From Eledone cirrhosa (taxonomy: Eukaryota): DNA of 64,000 nucleotides. Position numbers and translations under genes: made by a program. The notes beneath the pieces were generated by a model, which saw only the letters and a list, made by a program, of their open reading frames with translations, ran no database searches and was not told the DNA's origin. This document shows positions 56,944 to 64,000 of this stretch, in pieces. Position 1 is the first letter of the stretch. Every line of letters starts with the position of its first letter. The stretch spans positions 191,084,001 to 191,148,000 of the forward strand of contig OZ024742.1 of the NCBI GenBank assembly GCA_964016885.1, written 5' to 3'.

Positions 56944-57045
56944 GGAGGTGGAGTGGTGGTAGTGGTTGTAGTAGTAGTAGTAGTTGTAGTAGGAGAGTTG
57001 TTGTTGGTGGTGGTGGAGGTGGTGGGGTTAGTCGTAATAGTAGTG

Positions 57046-57110
<65 letters not shown>
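56820..57110. repeat. (CAG)/(TAG)/(TGG)n microsatellite
   Basis: Direct reading. Confidence 0.95.
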
Positions 57111-57374
57111 TAAATACACCGAGTGATGTTCGAGTAATTGTGGAATTTATCTCCCTTTGTTAACATGAGTAATCAGGCGCAATTTATCAAGTCATTTTCT
57201 ATAGACTACACGCTGTCATTAAAAAATAGGACCGGAATATGGACTCCTTAAGTGATATATCTCATTTCACTGGGAATAATTTACTGCCACTTTGCTTGCG
57301 GAACTTTCTGCAAATCACTTAGATTTTTGCCTTGTTGCTGTAAATGTTTTTGTTGCAGTCACCATTGTTATTTA

Positions 57375-57915
57375 TTATCGCTATTGTTGTTGCTGTTGTT
57401 GTTGTTGTTGTTGTTATCAGTCTCGTTGTCATTATTATTTTTGTCAATATTATTATTTCTGTTATTGCAGCAGCTGTTGTTTTTGTTGTTATTCTTAGTT
57501 TTGTTATTATTGTTGTTGTCGTTGATGTTTTTGTTGTTATTCTTAGTTTTGTTATTATTGTTGTTGTCGTTGTTGTTTTTGTTTTTGTTAATGTTGTTAC
57601 TTTTGTTATTACTGTTGCTGTTGTTGTTGTCTTTGTAAATACTCTTATTTTTGTTATTACTTTTGTTGCTGTTGCTGTTGTTTTTGTTAATATTATTTTT
57701 TTAATTACTGTTGTTGTTGTTATTGTTGTTGTCTTTGTAAATACTCTTATTTTTCTTATTACTGTTGTTGTCGTTTTTATTAATATTGTTATTTTTCTTA
57801 TTACTTTTGGTATTTTTGTCTTTGTTAATATTCTTATTTTTTTGTTATTACTGCTGCCATTGTTGTTGTTAGTATTATTGCTATTGTCGGTGTTATTATT
57901 AAGATTTTGGTTATT
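57375..57915. repeat. (GTT/ATT) low-complexity tract with short internal tandem duplications
   Basis: Direct reading. Confidence 0.85.
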
Positions 57916-58244
57916 ATTTTCTATTAACCTCATCGAAATCGTGTGAGTCAGCACGGATCTCTGTAAGCGGCGTCAGTGAATTATTTAAATCATCGTCTAT
58001 ATCCGATCTAGTGGTAAATAACTATCTTTGCTATCTTTAACATGACTAACGGTCTATTTACTTCTTATAGACACACAGACAAACCTCTTGCGTGCGTGCG
58101 TGATTGAAACCGGTATCACTGTCTCAGTCTCTCTCATACAGCCTCCATCTCTTTCTTATCTCCGGTTCCATAAATACATCTATCTAGATCATTTTGTTTA
58201 TATATATGTATATATAGATATATGTGTGTGTGTGTGTGTGTGCA

Positions 58245-58709
<465 letters not shown>

Positions 58710-59597
58710 CAGTATTAGCAATATATTCATTCCAAGGAAGATATGAATAAATAAACAATCATTAATAACAGCCAATGCATTTACATATTTAAACACAATG
58801 TAGGCACAAAACAAATGGGCTTCATGCAGGCATTTCTGCCTCTAAATATATTTCAGAGCTCTACGTATTGCATGCTTAAATATAACCTTAAATATAATCA
58901 TGTAAAGTTCTATGCATGTAGACACATAGGTACGTAATCAATTCTAAGTTAACGTTAAGAAGTAAATCTTGACTGCATTCACGGACGTAACCTCTATCGA
59001 GATGTAGCCATTCAAACGGACACGTGAAGGCAGAAACATCTTGATTTGGACAGAACTTAGAAAATATCGTTTTATCTAGAGACATATAAACTGCTCGATT
59101 TACCAGTTTGTGAAGCAGAAAAACATAGAGCTTATATTAATCCCTTATTTTTCCAAGTGAATGTTGGTGTTCTAAGGTTTTAGCTCTTCTATTCGATACG
59201 GGGATCTAGTGGTGTATTGTGACTTTCAGGAAGACACAATTTATATTCCGTTGTCCCATTCCACACAACTGGTAAAAGGTAAGTAGTAGAAGCAGCCGGG
59301 GAAATGTATTCGAAGTATTCACGACCAATCAAGTGTGGGGTCATATTCTCAATCACCTATCATGAAACAGAAGCATGCACCCATATGATGAGCCTCAGGA
59401 TTGGGGAGAGACTAGCATCGTTAACTTTATTTCTATGAAAAGAATTTTTAAAATGAATTTTATAATATATGAGTAGTAGTTGATTTTAGCTTTAATGAAG
59501 CAAATGTCAACATGAATGGGTCTGTTATTTTTATCTAAAGACATTTTTTCCATTTCCAACCCGCCCGTCCCCTCAATCTATCTTATTTCTCATTCTT

Positions 59598-59633
59598 TCT
59601 TCTGATGAAGGACTAGCGTCCGAAACGTTAAGA
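59598..59633 (+). ncRNA. Minimal hammerhead-like motif in a PLE-type 3' end remnant
   Basis: TCTT-CTGATGA-a-GGAC-tagc-GTCC-GAAA-CG-TT-AAGA; mutated relatives at about 48018-48050 (-), 31393-31425 (-) and 30765-30795 (+). Confidence 0.55.
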
Positions 59634-59724
59634 CCCTTTTCCTGCTATATCAAGCGTTAACCTGATATATCCCATCCTTATACTGTACCGATTGAGTTGT
59701 TATTTCTGTCTGTTTACCCTTTAA

Positions 59725-60423
<699 letters not shown>

Positions 60424-60465
60424 TGTGTGTGTGTGTGTGTGCATGCGTGTGTGTGTGTTTGTGTG

Positions 60466-60549
<84 letters not shown>

Positions 60550-61635
60550 CAGAAATAAAGAAAGAATGGTTGAAATATATATATATATATATATATTGGT
60601 AAACGCAATAGAAAATGCTGATAAATTGTTCACAGTGAAAAATAGTTTAATTAGGAATAAGTGATAATTAGTAATAGTATTGGTTAGTATTAAGTTTTGG
60701 TTTTAAGTTTTACCGGTTGCGCATTTCTAATGCTTTTCAAAAATAATTTTGAGATAGAGCGTCCGTGATGTTTGCTCTGATCTGATTAGTTTTGGGAATT
60801 CTACCTGTTTTTATATTAAAAACGTGGCTCCAGCGGTATTAAAATAAGTTTTGCGTCAATTCGTGTTGCAAAAATTCTTGTGGTCAAAACAATTTTGATT
60901 GGTCGGTAGAGGTCATGTGAATGTAAAAATTGATTTTGCGCCAAATGTAGGTTTGTGTCGGCTGACTGAGAATTAAGTCTGACAAATATGTGTGTAGTAG
61001 TAGTAAAGAGGTTCGTTGTTGTGATAATGGTCAGCAGGGATGTGTGTGCGAAACGCAGCCTGTTGACAGTTCAAATGCCTATTAAGACAAGTGTGTGTGT
61101 GTGTGTGTAGCAGAGTAATTCGTGGTAGAGGGACGGTCAGTAGGAATGTGTCTGTAAGTGTGTGGAGGATATTTTAACATGTTAAAAGATATATTTTCAG
61201 TTCTTGTCTTATACGGAGAAGTGTGTGTGTGTGTGTGTGTGTGTGTGAGTGTGTATGTCTCTCTGTATGTTAATGTACGCGTGTGTATGTGTGTGTATAT
61301 ATATGTGTGTGTGTGGGTGGATCAGTATTTATTTATGTTAAAATGGTGTACATTATTCGATATTTTCAGTAAAATCGATTCTCTCAATAGAACATCAAAA
61401 ACCTTAATAATAAAAGGTGTGAAATGATATATAGTATTGGCATAATACCAAGGTGTGTGTGAGTGTGTCCAGATTGTACGTACTCCAAGGGGGATCCATT
61501 AGGCCTTGCCGTATTGGAATACCTGTGCACAAACATGTATCTGGAGTGTGTCCAGAAATTGTATACCTGTGCAGAAATATGTATCTGGAGTGCGTCCAGA
61601 TTGTACGTACTGCAAGGGGAATTCATTAGGCCTTG

Positions 61636-61703
<68 letters not shown>

Positions 61704-62406
61704 CTAGGACTTGCGGAGTGCTATTTTGTTCCTGGTATTTAAAGCCCTTCGGTGACCGGAATGATTGAAGTAGTTATGGACCAATCAAAATATTGCATAC
61801 TCCTGTATAAAAGACACCGGAAAGGAAATAGATTCTAGAGAGACAGACTTCCTCAAAAAAGAAATGGGCATAATGATGCCTGCACGGCTTGAATAGGTTT
61901 CTACCAAGCTTGGTACAAAAGGAGTCTTAATCATCCAATGAATTTGTTTCAGATTTAACCTAGAATATCTTGATATCCGCAAACGATACACAGTCGTTCA
62001 CATACTATGTAAAGGCAACTCCAACTTTAAATAATGGGCTAGAGTGAACTACAGTTTCTGCCAATTGATTTATCTTTACATAAAAATGGATAAAGTTGTG
62101 GTAAATGAACGGTCTACTAAATATTAGGAAGCACTTTTAATGATTTTTATATTCACAACCAAGATATCTGACCATATATTTTGGTTATGTTCCACCCAAT
62201 ATGAGGTACATAGAGGCAAAACATAACATAACAGATATACTTTATGAAATAATCAAGGATGCAGTAAAGACTAAAGGTTGTACTATATGTAGGTGTATAT
62301 TCTATTGTTCTAAATAAACATCTAATTCGAACTAGGTGATGTATATTACCAGAAAATATCAAGTTATATATCACAATCTTTTTTTTCTCTCTCTCTCACA
62401 CACAGG

Positions 62407-62547
<141 letters not shown>

Positions 62548-64000
62548 CGCATGTAAGGGTATGAGTGCGCTGTGTTTCTGTATACCTGTAACAATGCCTC
62601 TTTCTGCTACTCACTAAATAATAGTATTTTAAACTTTCCGTTTGCTTCTTAATACCGCTGATAAAATGTGTAAAATACATGAAAGATGGAATGCAACAGA
62701 GATTTGGAAGCATTACATTTCATCTGACACGTAGCAAGAAAATAAATCTCGGGGTTTTAGAAAACATCAATATCAAAGCCCTTTATCTCAGATATATCTA
62801 TGTATCCGCATCTTCAATACATCATATATAAATGTGTGTATGAATTATATGAATTTCTGAATTTAATCTGGTGTGTGCATTTGGGTAAAAATATTAATGA
62901 ATGCTAGGCCTAAAGAGAAATAACTGTGGAAATTGTAATTCCTTTGTATTCTTATGACGCGCTAATATTTGTGTTAAAAATAATTCATGAAGTTGTTCGC
63001 AGAGTAATCTTGAAAAATGGATAAAATCAAGATGGAGAAATTTCGTACTGGCTTAGGATTCTCATCGGGTTTTGTAATCGGCTAAAACGTGAACGATTGT
63101 TTAAGGAATGCACACAATTGGGAAATTGCATCCCCAATTATGATGTGAAATGCGAGAGTGTTATGTATCCAACGATAGGTTGAAATTAAGTTTAGATCAT
63201 TTGTATATTTGTTATTGTTGAGACCTCAGGAGTACTCGGACTCCGTACTACCAAGCTCCTCCGCAAGACTGGATCGTCGGCAGCCCGCCTGGGAAAGGAG
63301 CCCCGCGTGGTAGGGTGGCTGTTGCAGCGTGTGTCACTGACCAATGTACGTGGAAACACGTTTGGTCTGTTGTCGGCGGTTTCTCTCTGAGGTCCACTCC
63401 ACGGATCCTCATTGATAATGGATGTTAAATTTGAAATATTTGGGATCATTAAAATTGCTAAGGTAACGTCCAGTCGTCCTTACTCTTTTATCTCAGTTCT
63501 TTTTTTTTTCTTCATCTATTTTCTAAAATTCTTGATATTTGCACTTTTGCCACACACGCATTATCGGGCATCCGAATATATTACCTAGTTGTATCTATCT
63601 CATGTTTTTTTTTTGTTACTTTTGTAGACAAGCTTCATTAATTGTTTTCTAATAGACTATGTTCTTGGCCTTCTGAGTTTTCTTTCCCACATGTGCACAA
63701 CAAATATTTCTTATTCCCGGCGGTCAAATGGTGGATGCGATACCGCGGCCTTTGTTGCGGATGACAACTCTTATCTCAGGCGTGGGCCTATAAATATGAT
63801 ACGTATTCTTAGCATTTTATTCCTAGCAGTTTGCTCAGACTTTAATCTTAATCTGTTTCTTCTGTAATACAAATTACTAAACTTTCCCCCGTTATTTTTG
63901 TGTCCGGGAACTTAATGGGTTTCCTCTACTCTGAATTATGTGAATGGGTGATTATGGGAAAGAAAAATGTTGCAATTTTTTTGTAATTTTTCATCAATTG

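Noticed and set aside
60700-62340. Possible LINE remnants
   Set aside because: Only vague compositional resemblance; no diagnostic motif could be read with confidence.

Overview
Repeat-dominated, AT-rich eukaryotic (metazoan) DNA with no recognisable host exon. The tRNA-derived SINE family here resembles octopus/cephalopod SINEs; this is recalled similarity, not a search result. The window opens inside a 42-bp minisatellite and carries many microsatellites, SINEs (two with 19-bp target-site duplications, TSDs), decayed RTE LINEs, a decayed R4/Dong-type LINE and two Penelope-like element (PLE) remnants. The most striking structure is a pair of near-identical 310-bp tandem arrays (17.8-20.3 kb and 28.4-30.1 kb). 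Every monomer carries a type I hammerhead ribozyme (HHR) with a palindromic helix III, 13 copies in total. Each array flips orientation once and sits inside (TA)n. This fits a non-LTR retrozyme (circular-RNA retroelement) inserted by priming from both ends of a cut (TA)n. A second, unrelated intact HHR lies in the loop of a fold-back element at 16170-16210. About ten other short fold-back elements, most (TA)n-embedded, a ~520-bp array and a 734-bp partial tandem suggest several non-autonomous PLE-dependent families sharing (TA)n targets. Almost all ORFs in the supplied track are artefacts of simple repeats.
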